Sequence record: DRR378314_1550
Strand: one strand, 5' to 3'
Length of the DNA: 20,000 bases
Shown: positions 1 through 9,581 of the stretch, piece by piece
Position numbering within the stretch: the stretch's first letter is position 1
How the letters are laid out: every line of letters begins with the position of its first letter
The notes under the pieces: generated by a model
What the model was told of the DNA's origin: nothing
The model's input: the letters and a program-made list of their open reading frames with translations, nothing else
Databases searched by the model: none
Made by a program: the position numbers and the translations under genes

Positions 1-12
1 TTAGGGGGAGCC

Positions 13-960
13 ATGCAAGAGATAATTAAAACCGATGAACGACTTCCCTTCATGCGCTTCCGCGGAATTATGGGCATTATCAGTGCAGTACTGGTAGTGG
101 CTTCCATAGTTTCGTTGTCAGTCAATAAGCTCAACTTTGGGTTGGACTTTACTGGCGGAACCTTACTTGAAGTTGGCTTTGATAGCGCGGCAGATTTAAG
201 TCGTGTTCGTGGCGCATTAGATGAAGAAGGGTTCAGTGACGCAGTGGTTCAAAACTACGGCTCGCAGGAAGAGATACTGATTCGTCTGGAGCCTCGGGAA
301 GGAGTAAAAGCGGAGCAGCTGGGTACCACAATACTTGAATCTCTGCGCACCGAGTTTGACCAAACCGTTGAAATGCGTCGTATAGAATTTGTTGGCCCAA
401 ATGTGGGCGACGAATTTATAGAGCAGGGCGGGTTGGCTATGCTAACCGCTTTAATCTGTATTTTGCTTTACATTGCGATGCGCTTTGAATGGCGTTTAGC
501 GGTAGGTGCTGTGGCAGCGTTAGCGCACGATGTCATTTTAACCTTAGGGCTGTTCTCCATATTGCAGTTAGAGTTTGACCTAACGGTTTTAGCGGCCTTG
601 CTGGCAGTTATTGGTTACTCAATTAACGATACGGTGGTGGTTTGCGACCGAATTAGGGAAACTTTCCGTAAGTTTGCTAAGTTAACCCCAGTGCAAACTG
701 TTAACCGGGCATTAACCGATACGCTGAGTCGAACGTTAATTACTTCAATAACAACGATACTGGTGTTATTGACCTTGTTCTTCCTGGGTGGGCCATTAAT
801 TCATGGTTTTGCTACAGCGTTATTATTTGGTGTGGTTATTGGTACTTATTCATCCATTTATATCGCAAGTTCTGTAGCCCTGAAATTTGGTGTTAGCCGA
901 GACGACTTAATGCCGCCAGAAGTGGAAAAAGAAGGCGCGGATCAAGATCCGCTGGGTTAG
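13..960 (+). CDS. secF: Protein translocase subunit SecF
   Basis: 315 aa with the SecD/SecF motif GLDFTGG, 'EFVGPNVG', 'GYSINDTVVVCDRIRE' and 'GTYSSIYIA'; six hydrophobic segments; GGGGAG Shine-Dalgarno just upstream. Confidence 0.97.
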   Translation: MQEIIKTDERLPFMRFRGIMGIISAVLVVASIVSLSVNKLNFGLDFTGGTLLEVGFDSAADLSRVRGALDEEGFSDAVVQNYGSQEEILIRLEPREGVKAEQLGTTILESLRTEFDQTVEMRRIEFVGPNVGDEFIEQGGLAMLTALICILLYIAMRFEWRLAVGAVAALAHDVILTLGLFSILQLEFDLTVLAALLAVIGYSINDTVVVCDRIRETFRKFAKLTPVQTVNRALTDTLSRTLITSITTILVLLTLFFLGGPLIHGFATALLFGVVIGTYSSIYIASSVALKFGVSRDDLMPPEVEKEGADQDPLG

Positions 961-968
961 TCTTACGG

Positions 969-974
969 TATAAT
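969..974 (+). promoter_or_regulatory. Possible sigma-70 -10 box (TATAAT) for yaaA
   Basis: Perfect TATAAT in the short secF-yaaA gap; no convincing -35 hexamer. Confidence 0.3.
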
Positions 975-993
975 TTGAATGGAGTGCATAGAC

Positions 994-1770
994 ATGTTGG
1001 CCGTTGTTTCACCTGCTAAAAACCTGGATTACGAAAGTGATTTACCGGAACTGAATGTTACTCAGCCACGGTTGCTGGATAACGCCGAAGAACTGGTTGA
1101 GGTTTGTCGGCAATTAAGCCCGCAACAACTCGGGTCGCTAATGAAAATTAGCGACAAGCTGGCGGGTTTGAATGCGGCTCGCTTTGAGGAATGGCAACGG
1201 CCTTTTAATGAAAACAATGCACGCCCGGCTATGTATGCATTTAACGGTGATGTTTATACCGGATTAGATGCTGCCAGCCTGAATTCAGAGGCCATAGGTA
1301 CGGCACAAAAACAATTGCGGATTTTGTCTGGTCTTTATGGTGTTTTACGGCCACTGGATTTGATGCAGCCTTACCGATTAGAAATGGGTACCAAGTTGGA
1401 TAATCCAAAGGGCAAAAACCTATATGAATACTGGGGCGATAGCATTACGCAGATGCTCAATAAAGACTTAGCTGAGCTGGGTAGCTCAACTTTAGTGAAC
1501 TTAGCTTCTAATGAGTATTTCTCGGCGGTCAAGCCAAAAGTGCTTAATGCAGATATTATTACTCCAGTGTTTAAAGATGAAAAAAATGGTCAATATAAAG
1601 TCATCAGTTTTTATGCCAAGAAGGCGCGGGGACTAATGGCGCGATTTATCCTGAACCAAAAGCCAAAATCCGTGTCTGATCTAAAAGAATTCGATGCAAA
1701 TGGCTATAGTTTCAATGAAGCTATGTCCAGCGATAAACAATTGGTTTTTTGTCGTGCTGAGCAAAAATAA
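994..1770 (+). CDS. yaaA: Peroxide stress protein YaaA (UPF0246)
   Basis: Begins [12 protein letters not shown] (family motif SPAK.LD); contains 'GDVYTGLDA', '[22 protein letters not shown]', 'NLASNEY', '[13 protein letters not shown]'. Start moved from 979 to ATG 994 (GGAG at 981-984, matches family N-terminus). Confidence 0.95.
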   Translation: MLAVVSPAKNLDYESDLPELNVTQPRLLDNAEELVEVCRQLSPQQLGSLMKISDKLAGLNAARFEEWQRPFNENNARPAMYAFNGDVYTGLDAASLNSEAIGTAQKQLRILSGLYGVLRPLDLMQPYRLEMGTKLDNPKGKNLYEYWGDSITQMLNKDLAELGSSTLVNLASNEYFSAVKPKVLNADIITPVFKDEKNGQYKVISFYAKKARGLMARFILNQKPKSVSDLKEFDANGYSFNEAMSSDKQLVFCRAEQK

Positions 1771-1781
1771 AGGAGCGCACA

Positions 1782-2666
1782 ATGAGTGACGATCAGGTTG
1801 AAACATCAACGGCAACAGAAGAAGCGAGTCGCAAAACGACTTGGGTTGTTGTTACGCTTATTGTGCTGGCGGTTATCGCTGCCATAGTATGGTGGTGGCT
1901 GCCGGCTTCTGAAGACAAGAAGCAACAAACCGAAACGGTAGAGGTTGATCAGCAGCAATCAACAGAAGTTCAGGTTGAGGGTTATGAACAAGAGTCTGAA
2001 GAACCTGAGCCTGAAATTGAGCCAGAACCGCTTCCAACCGAACCAGAATCTGAACCGGAACAAGAGCCGGTTGAACCTGAGCCCGAACCTATTGCTTTGC
2101 CAGAGCTGGACAATAGCACACCAACGGTGCTTCAGAATCTTGACTCAACCGACGTTAACATTCGTCCATTAAAAAGCTCTCAGATTATTCGTGACGCAGT
2201 TGTGCTGATGGACAATATCAGCAACGGCAGCATTGTTCGTGAACGGACTATTGTTCAGCGTCCCGACGGTCGTTTTAGTGTGCTGGAGGTAGATGGTGAA
2301 CTCTATATTGATGAAAGCAGCTATCGCCGATACGACGCTTTAGTTGACTGGTTTGTAAGTTTGCAACCTGACGCACTGGCAGAAAACTATGAGTTATTTA
2401 AGCCTTTAGTGCAAGAAGCCTACGCAGAAATTGGCTATCCGGAGTCAGACTTTGATGACACCTTGATAGAAGCCATTAATGTTATGCTTGATACTCCGGT
2501 TCCGGAGGGATTGGTTCAGGTAAAAGACGACAGCGTTATGTATACTTTTGCTAACGAGTCTTATGAGTCATTGCCTGCAGCGCAGAAACAACTGATTCGC
2601 ATGGGCCCTGAAAACATTAAGCGAGTGAAAGAAAAATTACGCGAGATAAGACGGGTACTACAGTAA
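1782..2666 (+). CDS. DUF3014-type protein: N-terminal TM anchor, Glu/Pro-rich linker, periplasmic domain
   Basis: TM helix at aa 21-40, EP-rich spacer, 'LPELDNS', 'SYRRYD', 'PLVQEAYAEIGYP', C-terminal 'ESLPAAQKQLIRMGPEN' recalled as typical of DUF3014; AAGGAG SD. Confidence 0.8.
   Translation: MSDDQVETSTATEEASRKTTWVVVTLIVLAVIAAIVWWWLPASEDKKQQTETVEVDQQQSTEVQVEGYEQESEEPEPEIEPEPLPTEPESEPEQEPVEPEPEPIALPELDNSTPTVLQNLDSTDVNIRPLKSSQIIRDAVVLMDNISNGSIVRERTIVQRPDGRFSVLEVDGELYIDESSYRRYDALVDWFVSLQPDALAENYELFKPLVQEAYAEIGYPESDFDDTLIEAINVMLDTPVPEGLVQVKDDSVMYTFANESYESLPAAQKQLIRMGPENIKRVKEKLREIRRVLQ
2001..2090 (+). repeat. Low-complexity (Glu-Pro)n coding repeat
   Basis: Encodes EPEPEIEPEPLPTEPESEPEQEPVEPEPEP; recurring GAACC/GAGCC units, including two copies of GAACCTGAGCC. 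Confidence 0.75.
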
Positions 2667-2670
2667 TTTT

Positions 2671-3273
2671 ATGACCGATAAACAAGTAATTCCGGAATTT
2701 GTTAAAGGCGAATTCCCTGTTAGCCATAACCGGTTTTTGCGCTGGGTAGGTCGTTTGGGCTTACGTGTACTGGGCGGCTGGAAAATTAATGGCGAAATGC
2801 CTCACGTGAGAAAAGCGATTCTTCCGGTTGCGCCGCACACATCTAACTGGGACTTCCCGGTTGGAGCCTGCGTCATGCTAGCTATGGGGTTAAAGCTGAA
2901 TTATTTAGCTAAGAGCAGTCTGTTCCGTTTTCCGCTGAAAGGTTTGTTAACCAAACTGGGCGGTCTCCCCATAGACAGAAGCAGCGCAAATGGTGTTGTT
3001 GGAAATATGGTGAGGGAATTTCGGGAGAAAAATGAACTGATTCTAGTTATAACTCCAGAAGGCACAAGAAAGCGTGTAAAAGAGTGGAAAAAAGGCTTTT
3101 TACATATGGCACAGCAAGCTCGTGTCCCTGTTGTTCCTATTGCGTTTGATTATGCACGTAAAGCTATCGATATAGGCCCCGCGCTGATGATTGGCGATGA
3201 ACTGGAAAAAGAGCTCGCCCGGGTTAAATCTTATTTTGAGCATGCGCACGGTAAGCATGGAGAAGCGTGTTGA
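2671..3273 (+). CDS. PlsC-like lysophospholipid / 1-acyl-sn-glycerol-3-phosphate acyltransferase family protein
   Basis: Catalytic HxxxxD motif (PHTSNWD), 'GGLPIDR', 'PEGTR', 'VPVVP'. Confidence 0.9.
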   Translation: MTDKQVIPEFVKGEFPVSHNRFLRWVGRLGLRVLGGWKINGEMPHVRKAILPVAPHTSNWDFPVGACVMLAMGLKLNYLAKSSLFRFPLKGLLTKLGGLPIDRSSANGVVGNMVREFREKNELILVITPEGTRKRVKEWKKGFLHMAQQARVPVVPIAFDYARKAIDIGPALMIGDELEKELARVKSYFEHAHGKHGEAC

Positions 3274-3917
3274 GAACGCTTTTTCGTAGTTTTCTGCTCC
3301 TGTTAATACTGCCGCTATTTAATGTGGCAGTAGCAACAGACTTCTGGCAAAAAGAATGGGTTGTCCCCGAATATGCCGAAGGTAATAGCTTAATTATTCG
3401 TCCTCTTAAAAGCTCCGATGCCGAGCGTTTCTTTCACAGCTATATGACGTCGCAGAAGTGGCTTTATAAGCGACTGGGATGGTCCTGGCCATCTGAAAAA
3501 AGCACTCTTCAGCAAAACGAAACCATGGTGAATTACCACTTGGAGCAGGCAAAAGCGCAAACAGCTTTTACTTATTTGGTGATTGATAAGGCAGATAAGT
3601 CCATTATTGGAGCCGTTTATATGGTACCGGTGGCTGCCAGTAGACAAGAAAAAAACGGCATTTCACGCAGTGCTTATAATGCTGAGGTCAGTTGGTGGCT
3701 TTTAGAATCGGCCATTGACGATAACTTGCATAACGATTTTTTTGTGCTTTTAAAAGACTGGCTGGAAGCAAGTTGGCCCTGGCGGCAAGTGCTGTTTCCG
3801 GTATCAGAAAATAACGAAACAGCGTTGCAGCTACTGGAAAGCAGTAGTGCCCGCTCGCTGGGTCGTGACTTAGATGCCCAGGAAAGGTATTTCTCCTACT
3901 CAATTTCACGCAAATAG
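3267..3917 (+). CDS. Exported GNAT-fold (RimJ/RimL-like) protein, function unknown
   Basis: GTG start overlapping the previous stop; N-terminal signal-like sequence (MLRTLFRSFLLLLILPLFNVAVA); RimL-like segments 'LIIRPLKSSDAERFF', 'FTYLVIDK..IIGAVYM', 'AEVSWWL', 'NETALQLLE'. Confidence 0.55.
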   Translation: MLRTLFRSFLLLLILPLFNVAVATDFWQKEWVVPEYAEGNSLIIRPLKSSDAERFFHSYMTSQKWLYKRLGWSWPSEKSTLQQNETMVNYHLEQAKAQTAFTYLVIDKADKSIIGAVYMVPVAASRQEKNGISRSAYNAEVSWWLLESAIDDNLHNDFFVLLKDWLEASWPWRQVLFPVSENNETALQLLESSSARSLGRDLDAQERYFSYSISRK

Positions 3918-3925
3918 CCCCACAT

Positions 3926-3936
3926 TGTGCTATGAT
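3926..3936 (+). promoter_or_regulatory. Extended -10 sigma-70 promoter for ribH-nusB-thiL-pgpA
   Basis: TGTGcTATGAT (TRTGn plus 5/6 -10 match) followed by GC-rich CGCGCGC discriminator, ~36 nt before the ribH ATG. Confidence 0.5.
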
Positions 3937-3972
3937 CGCGCGCAATTAACGAACGGTTAATAAGGAAAACTC

Positions 3973-4437
3973 ATGCAGGTAATTGAAGGTGGAATAAACG
4001 CGGCTGGTAAAAAGTTTGCCATTATCGTTTCTCGCTTTAACCATTTTATGGTTGAAAGCTTATTAGACGGTGCTGTGCAGACATTAAAGCATTATGGCGA
4101 AGTAGCGGACGACGATATAACCGTTGTGCGTGTTCCCGGTGCTTATGAAATGCCGGTAACGGCGAAACGTCTGGCCAGCTCTGGTAAGTATGACGCAATT
4201 ATTGCGGTCGGTGCGGTTATTCGCGGTGGAACACCACACTTCGAGTTTGTTGCCGGTGAATGTAATAGTGGTTTAGGCCGGGTTGCGACCGAGTTTGATT
4301 TACCTGTCGCATTTGGTGTTATCACTACCGATACGCTGGAACAAGCCATTGAGCGCAGTGGTTCTAAAGCCGGAAATAAAGGCTCGGAAGCCGCATTAAG
4401 CGCGCTTGAAATGGTCAATGTACTGAAACAACTCTGA
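3973..4437 (+). CDS. ribH: 6,7-dimethyl-8-ribityllumazine synthase
   Basis: 'IIVSRFN', 'VPGAYEMP', '[14 protein letters not shown]', '[14 protein letters not shown]'; precedes nusB. Confidence 0.98.
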   Translation: MQVIEGGINAAGKKFAIIVSRFNHFMVESLLDGAVQTLKHYGEVADDDITVVRVPGAYEMPVTAKRLASSGKYDAIIAVGAVIRGGTPHFEFVAGECNSGLGRVATEFDLPVAFGVITTDTLEQAIERSGSKAGNKGSEAALSALEMVNVLKQL

Positions 4438-4447
4438 GATACTTCAA

Positions 4448-4867
4448 ATGAAACCCGCAGCAAGAAGAAAGGCCCGCAAGTTGGCCGTGCAAGCAATTTA
4501 CTCATGGCAGCTATCGCAAAACAGCTTTAGCGATATTGAGGCTCAATTTTTAACGGAAAATGACACCAGCAAAGTGGACGTTGACTACTTTTTAGAGTTA
4601 GTCCGTGGTGTTGGCGGGCATTACCGGACACTGGATGAAGCGCTGGAACCGTTTTTAGACAGACCGATTAAAGAGCTTGACCCTATTGAACTGGCTGTTC
4701 TTCGACTGGCGGCTTATGAGTTGCGTGAACGCGTTGATGTACCCTATAAAGTGGCTATCAACGAAGCAATAGAGCTGGCTAAATCTTTTGGTGCCGATGA
4801 AAGCCATCGTTTTGTCAACGGCGTACTCGATAAAGCAGTAGACACTTTCCGCCCAACCAGGCAGTAA
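4448..4867 (+). CDS. nusB: Transcription antitermination factor NusB
   Basis: [11 protein letters not shown]-terminus, '[19 protein letters not shown]', 'FVNGVLD'. Confidence 0.98.
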   Translation: MKPAARRKARKLAVQAIYSWQLSQNSFSDIEAQFLTENDTSKVDVDYFLELVRGVGGHYRTLDEALEPFLDRPIKELDPIELAVLRLAAYELRERVDVPYKVAINEAIELAKSFGADESHRFVNGVLDKAVDTFRPTRQ

Positions 4868-4870
4868 CTT

Positions 4871-5866
4871 ATGCCCCGCGATGAATTTTCGCTAATTAAT
4901 GAATACTTCACTCATCGCTCCGCAAAACGGGGCGATGTTGCTATGGGCATTGGAGATGACGGCGCTGTTGTCCGGCCAATGCCTGAGCATGACCTGGTCA
5001 TTGTTACCGATACTCTGGTTGAAGGTGTGCATTTTGATATGACCACACCACCCCGTGCTATTGGTCATAAAAGTGTTGCCGTGAACTTAAGCGACTTAGC
5101 GGCTATGGGCGCTCAGCCGTGCTGGATCAGTCTGGCTTTGACGCTTCCTCGTATGGACGAAGACTGGCTACAGGAATTTAGTGGTGGCCTGGATGAAATT
5201 TGCAGTTATTACGATTGCCAGTTAATTGGCGGCGACACAACCAAAGGCCCGCTGACAATAACTATTACAGCTCATGGACAACTGCCTTCGGGCAGCGCGA
5301 TACCGCGTTCCGGGGCAAAGGCGGGCGACTGGATTTATGTCAGCGGCTCTTTAGGTGATGCTGGCCTAGGCTTGCAGGTTACGCAAAATAAAGTGAGCAC
5401 AACCGGACGACATTTGCAGCAGGTGATAGAGCGCCTGCATTACCCCACCCCCAGAGTCGCTTTAGGGCAAAGTCTGCGAGGCGTAGCAAGTTCCTGCATT
5501 GATATTTCTGACGGTCTGCTGGCCGATTTACGGCATTTAATGACAGAAGCAGGCACTCAGGCGCAACTGGAACTGGAAAAGCTGCCGCTGTCACTGGCGT
5601 TAACCGAAACACTTCAGGTGGATGACGCACTTGCTTTGGCTTTGACCGCCGGAGACGACTACGAGCTTTGCTTTACCTTGCCCGAGGAACATCGGGGGCG
5701 TATGGAAACCTTAACCACGCACCTTAAGACCCGACCGGTATGTATTGGTCGTGTAGCGAACGGTGAATCCGGTGACATTCAGTTGCGCTATAATGGCGAA
5801 GACTGGTTGCTGGCTGAGGGTTATAGTAGCTTTAATCACTTTCCGCAGAACGAAGCCACTAAATAA
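4871..5866 (+). CDS. thiL: Thiamine-monophosphate kinase
   Basis: 'EFSLINEYF', 'GIGDDGA', 'NLSDLAAMGA', 'LIGGDTT', 'DISDGL', 'GDDYELCFT'. Confidence 0.97.
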   Translation: MPRDEFSLINEYFTHRSAKRGDVAMGIGDDGAVVRPMPEHDLVIVTDTLVEGVHFDMTTPPRAIGHKSVAVNLSDLAAMGAQPCWISLALTLPRMDEDWLQEFSGGLDEICSYYDCQLIGGDTTKGPLTITITAHGQLPSGSAIPRSGAKAGDWIYVSGSLGDAGLGLQVTQNKVSTTGRHLQQVIERLHYPTPRVALGQSLRGVASSCIDISDGLLADLRHLMTEAGTQAQLELEKLPLSLALTETLQVDDALALALTAGDDYELCFTLPEEHRGRMETLTTHLKTRPVCIGRVANGESGDIQLRYNGEDWLLAEGYSSFNHFPQNEATK

Positions 5867-5889
5867 GAGATTTAAGGAGCCACAAGTCC

Positions 5890-6372
5890 ATGTCTCATGC
5901 GAAACTTTCATGGTTTAACCCCATACATTGGCTTGCGTTGGGTTTTGGCTCCGGTCTTGCTCCTAAAGCGCCGGGTACCTTTGGAACACTTATTGGTATT
6001 CCGGCCGTTTTTTTATTAGCTCCACTTAATTGGTGGGAATATTTGCTGGCTCTGGTGGTAATGACGCTGGCCGGTATTTGGATATGCCAGTATACCGCTA
6101 AGGCAATGGGTGAGCACGACCACCCTTCAATTGTCTGGGATGAAATAGTTGGCTATGCCGTTGCCATGTTCGCACTGCCTGTAGAGCCATTTTGGTTGCT
6201 GGCGGCCTTTGTGTTGTTCCGCATTTTTGATATATGGAAACCAGGCCCAATTGGCTGGGCAGATAAAAAGCTAAGCGGCGGCAATGGTATTATGATGGAT
6301 GACGTGCTGGCGGGGATTTTCTCGGCAGTATTACTGCATTTAGGTTGGTGGTTGTCAGGTCTGCTGGGCTAA
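5890..6372 (+). CDS. pgpA: Phosphatidylglycerophosphatase A
   Basis: 'GFGSGLAPKAPGTFGT', 'HDHPSIVWDEIVG', 'FRIFDIWKP', 'GIMMDDVLAG'; follows thiL. Confidence 0.97.
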   Translation: MSHAKLSWFNPIHWLALGFGSGLAPKAPGTFGTLIGIPAVFLLAPLNWWEYLLALVVMTLAGIWICQYTAKAMGEHDHPSIVWDEIVGYAVAMFALPVEPFWLLAAFVLFRIFDIWKPGPIGWADKKLSGGNGIMMDDVLAGIFSAVLLHLGWWLSGLLG

Positions 6373-6384
6373 AGCAAACCTGAC
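6354..6384 (-). other. Stem-loop at the convergent pgpA/dxs junction (possible 3' stabiliser or terminator)
   Basis: Minus strand GTCAGGTTTGCT-TTAGCCC-AGCAGACCTGAC forms a 12-bp stem with one G-U pair, 13 nt after the dxs stop; no following U-tract. Confidence 0.45.
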
Positions 6385-6397
6385 CTTGCCATATACT

Positions 6398-8254
6398 TCA
6401 GCTTTTTTTTATAAAGTCATTCACCTGCCGCTCAATACCTGCGGCATCCAGACCCAGTTCGGCACGAACTTCACCTTGCGAACCATGTTTAATAAACTCG
6501 TCCGGTAAGCCTATTGTTAACACTTGCGGGCTTGCTTTGTGTTGGGCTATGTATTCGCTCACGGCACTGCCTGCGCCGCCTGCTATGACATTTTCCTCTA
6601 CAGTTACCAGCACTGAATGGGTTGTCATTAACTGGTCCAGACAAGCTGTGTCCAGAGGTTTTATGAAACGCATATCGACAACGGTGGCATTAAATTTGGC
6701 TGCCGCTGCTTCCACTTCCGGCAGCAGGGTACCAAAATTAAGGAAAGCAATATTCTGCCCCTCAGTAAGGGGTTGAGCTTTTCCTATATCAATAACTTTA
6801 CCCTTACGAAGCTCCAGACCAACACCGGCTCCACGGGGATAACGAACTGCTGCCGGACCTTTGTACTGATACCCGGTGGTTAGCATGTCCAGACACTCTT
6901 GTTCATTACTGGGAGCCATTACCACCATATTAGGTATGCAACGAAGGTAACTTAAGTCAAATGCGCCCTGGTGAGTGGGGCCATCGGCACCGACAATACC
7001 GGCACGGTCAATGGCGAAGAGCACATCAAGGTTTTGCAGAGCGACATCGTGAATGAGCTGATCATAACCGCGCTGTAAAAAGGTGGAGTAAATGGCGACA
7101 ACCGGTTTCAGTCCTGAAATAGCCAGGCCCGCTGCGTAAGTCACACTGTGCTGTTCAGCTATAGCCACGTCAAAGTACTGTTGTGGATATTGCTGTGAAA
7201 ACGTCACCATACCGGAACCTTCACGCATCGCCGGTGTTATTGCCATTAGCGACTTGTCATTACTTGCGGTATCGCACAGCCATTGGCCAAAAATTTCAGA
7301 ATAGCTGGGAATACCCGGTGCTTTCTCAGGCAGGCTGGACTCTTTGGGATCAAACTTTGGCACGCCATGGTAACCAATAGGATCTTTCTCTGCAGGTCGG
7401 TAACCTTTGCCTTTTTGCGTCACAATGTGCAGCAACTGCGGACCGCCTAAACTGCGCATGTTCGATAACGTATCAACCAGAGTATCAACATCATGGCCGT
7501 CTATCGGGCCTATGTAATTGAATCCCAGCTCTTCAAAAATAGTGCCCGGTGCCATCATGCCCTTCATGTGCTCTTCGGCACGGCTGGCAAAATGACGAAT
7601 ATGAGGCAGCGGGCTGAGTAATTTTTTGCTGCCTTCCCGCAGCGAGGTATAAAAACGACCAGATAAAAGGCGGGCGAAATGATGGTTCAGAGCACCAACG
7701 TTTTCTGAAATAGACATGTCATTGTCGTTCAGCACCACCAACATATCTGGCTTTATATCACCAGCATGATTCATGGCTTCAAATGCCATACCGGCGGTCA
7801 TTGCACCGTCGCCGATAATAGAGACGACTTTTTGTCGTAGACTTTGTCTTTGCGCTGCTACCGCCATGCCTAACGCCGCTGATATAGACGTACTTGAATG
7901 CCCGACTGAGAGCACATCGTATTCACTCTCTTCGCGCCAGGGAAAAGGGTGAAGCCCGTCTTTTTGACGAATAGAGTGCAACCGTTGTTTACGGCCGGTC
8001 AGAATTTTATGTGGGTAAGCCTGATGGCCAACGTCCCAAACCAGCTTATCTTCTGGTGTGTGATACACATAATGCAGGGCAACCGTAAGCTCTACGGTGC
8101 CTAAACCTGACGCGAGGTGGCCGCTGCTTTGGCTCACTGAGGTTAATAAAAACTGTCTAATTTCTGCGCACAGTTCCGGCAATTGCGTCCGCGGTAAACG
8201 GCGCAGGTCAGCGGGGGAGTTAATTTTATCAAGTAACGGATATTGTTGAGTCAT
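6398..8254 (-). CDS. dxs: 1-deoxy-D-xylulose-5-phosphate synthase
   Basis: '[11 protein letters not shown]', 'GHSSTSIS', TPP-binding '[15 protein letters not shown]', 'DVAIAEQH', 'YSTFLQR', '[15 protein letters not shown]'. Confidence 0.99.
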   Translation of the reverse strand: MTQQYPLLDKINSPADLRRLPRTQLPELCAEIRQFLLTSVSQSSGHLASGLGTVELTVALHYVYHTPEDKLVWDVGHQAYPHKILTGRKQRLHSIRQKDGLHPFPWREESEYDVLSVGHSSTSISAALGMAVAAQRQSLRQKVVSIIGDGAMTAGMAFEAMNHAGDIKPDMLVVLNDNDMSISENVGALNHHFARLLSGRFYTSLREGSKKLLSPLPHIRHFASRAEEHMKGMMAPGTIFEELGFNYIGPIDGHDVDTLVDTLSNMRSLGGPQLLHIVTQKGKGYRPAEKDPIGYHGVPKFDPKESSLPEKAPGIPSYSEIFGQWLCDTASNDKSLMAITPAMREGSGMVTFSQQYPQQYFDVAIAEQHSVTYAAGLAISGLKPVVAIYSTFLQRGYDQLIHDVALQNLDVLFAIDRAGIVGADGPTHQGAFDLSYLRCIPNMVVMAPSNEQECLDMLTTGYQYKGPAAVRYPRGAGVGLELRKGKVIDIGKAQPLTEGQNIAFLNFGTLLPEVEAAAAKFNATVVDMRFIKPLDTACLDQLMTTHSVLVTVEENVIAGGAGSAVSEYIAQHKASPQVLTIGLPDEFIKHGSQGEVRAELGLDAAGIERQVNDFIKKS

Positions 8255-8258
8255 TCAG

Positions 8259-9146
8259 TTAGTGGTCCCGCTTTAACAGCAAGTCGGAAAATTGTTCAAG
8301 TCTGTCTGTATTGTAAGGGATATCGCTTAACGACTGTAGTGCTTTATGGTGTAAGTTTTGCAGGCGTTGCTGAGCACCTTCAATACCGAGCAAACGCACG
8401 TAAGTTGATTTTTCAGACGCGGTATCTGACCCCTGAGGTTTGCCCAGAGCTTCAGTATTACCTGTTACGTCGAGGATATCATCCTGTACTTGAAATGCCA
8501 GCCCCAGATAATGAGCGAACTGCTCAAACTTTTCCCGCCATTGTTGTGCATTGTCATTACCGCACAATACACCCATATTGGCCGCGGCGGTTATCAACGC
8601 GCCGGTTTTACTTAAATGCATTTGCTCTAGTGCGTCTTCAGTGACGATTTTAGCTGTTGCCTGTAAGTCTATTGCCTGACCCGCACACATTCCGCGGGCA
8701 CCGCTGGCTTTAGCCAGTACCTGAACTAATTGCAGCTGTCGTTCACTGGGTAATTGTTCCATACGGTTTTCGGTTAAGACTTCGAAAGCCAGTGTCTGTA
8801 GCGCATCTCCGGCTAAAATCGCTGTCGCCTCGTCGTAAGCAATGTGGCAAGTCGGCTGACCACGGCGTAAATCGTCATCATCCATTGCTGGCAAGTCGTC
8901 ATGAATTAAAGAATAAGCATGTATCAACTCAACAGCGGCAGCGGCTTGCAGAGCGTCATTCTTATTGGCGCCACAAATATCGGCAACGGTCATCAGCAGA
9001 TAGGGGCGAATACGTTTTCCGCCCATTAACACTCCGTGCTGCATGGCCTGGTTCAGACGCGGGTTCAGGGTTAACTGCGCAAGCGCTTGCTTTAAGAATG
9101 AATCGACTTGTTCTCGTGTTGCTGCTGTTAACGAGTTAATCGTCAC
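8259..9146 (-). CDS. ispA: Farnesyl diphosphate synthase (geranyltranstransferase)
   Basis: 'GGKRIRP', first Asp-rich motif 'SLIHDDLPAMDDDDLRRGQPT', second 'FQVQDDILD'; between xseB and dxs. Confidence 0.97.
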   Translation of the reverse strand: MTINSLTAATREQVDSFLKQALAQLTLNPRLNQAMQHGVLMGGKRIRPYLLMTVADICGANKNDALQAAAAVELIHAYSLIHDDLPAMDDDDLRRGQPTCHIAYDEATAILAGDALQTLAFEVLTENRMEQLPSERQLQLVQVLAKASGARGMCAGQAIDLQATAKIVTEDALEQMHLSKTGALITAAANMGVLCGNDNAQQWREKFEQFAHYLGLAFQVQDDILDVTGNTEALGKPQGSDTASEKSTYVRLLGIEGAQQRLQNLHHKALQSLSDIPYNTDRLEQFSDLLLKRDH

Positions 9147-9379
9147 ATCAGTTCTCCATTGCTTTCATCATTTCCAGATTGCTGTTCAGCCAACAAAGTT
9201 GTCACTTTTTGCTCAGCTTGCTGCAATTGTTGCTGGCTGGAACGTGACAAGGCAATGGCTTGTTCGAATTTTTTCAGCGATTGCTCAAGCGGTAAGTCGC
9301 CTTGTTCCAGTTCATTAACCAGTTGCTCTAGCTGCTCCAGAGCCTGTTCGAAAGATTGCTGTTTCTGTTCGTCTGCCAT
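9143..9379 (-). CDS. xseB: Exodeoxyribonuclease VII small subunit
   Basis: 'SFEQALEQLEQLVNELEQGDLPLEQSLKKFEQA...LQQAEQKV'; start trimmed from 9415 to ATG 9379 to match family length; 4-nt overlap with ispA start. Confidence 0.93.
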   Translation of the reverse strand: MADEQKQQSFEQALEQLEQLVNELEQGDLPLEQSLKKFEQAIALSRSSQQQLQQAEQKVTTLLAEQQSGNDESNGELM

Positions 9380-9444
9380 AGCTAAGTCTGCCTTAAAATC
9401 TTTGGTGAGCCGCATTGCTAATAGAATGAAAGTTAATTATCCGA

Positions 9445-9471
9445 TAAAGAATCCGGAATGTCAGCCGATGA
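9445..9471 (+). promoter_or_regulatory. Sigma-28 (FliA) promoter of pomAB
   Basis: TAAA(9445-9448)-N15-GCCGATGA(9464-9471): one mismatch to the TAAA-N15-GCCGATAA consensus, ~110 nt upstream of flagellar stator genes. Confidence 0.8.
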
Positions 9472-9581
9472 TCTCATTATTCCTGTGTAAGATGAACAGA
9501 TGTCGCTTGTAAGCGCGACGCGATTGTTTAAGAATGAGCACAACAGCATAAATGAAAACTCAAATCGGGGAGGAAGGCTGA

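Noticed and set aside
9421-9447. Second tandem sigma-28 promoter (TCCGATAA at 9440-9447)
   Set aside because: The position 15 nt upstream reads ATAG rather than TAAA; the downstream site fits much better.
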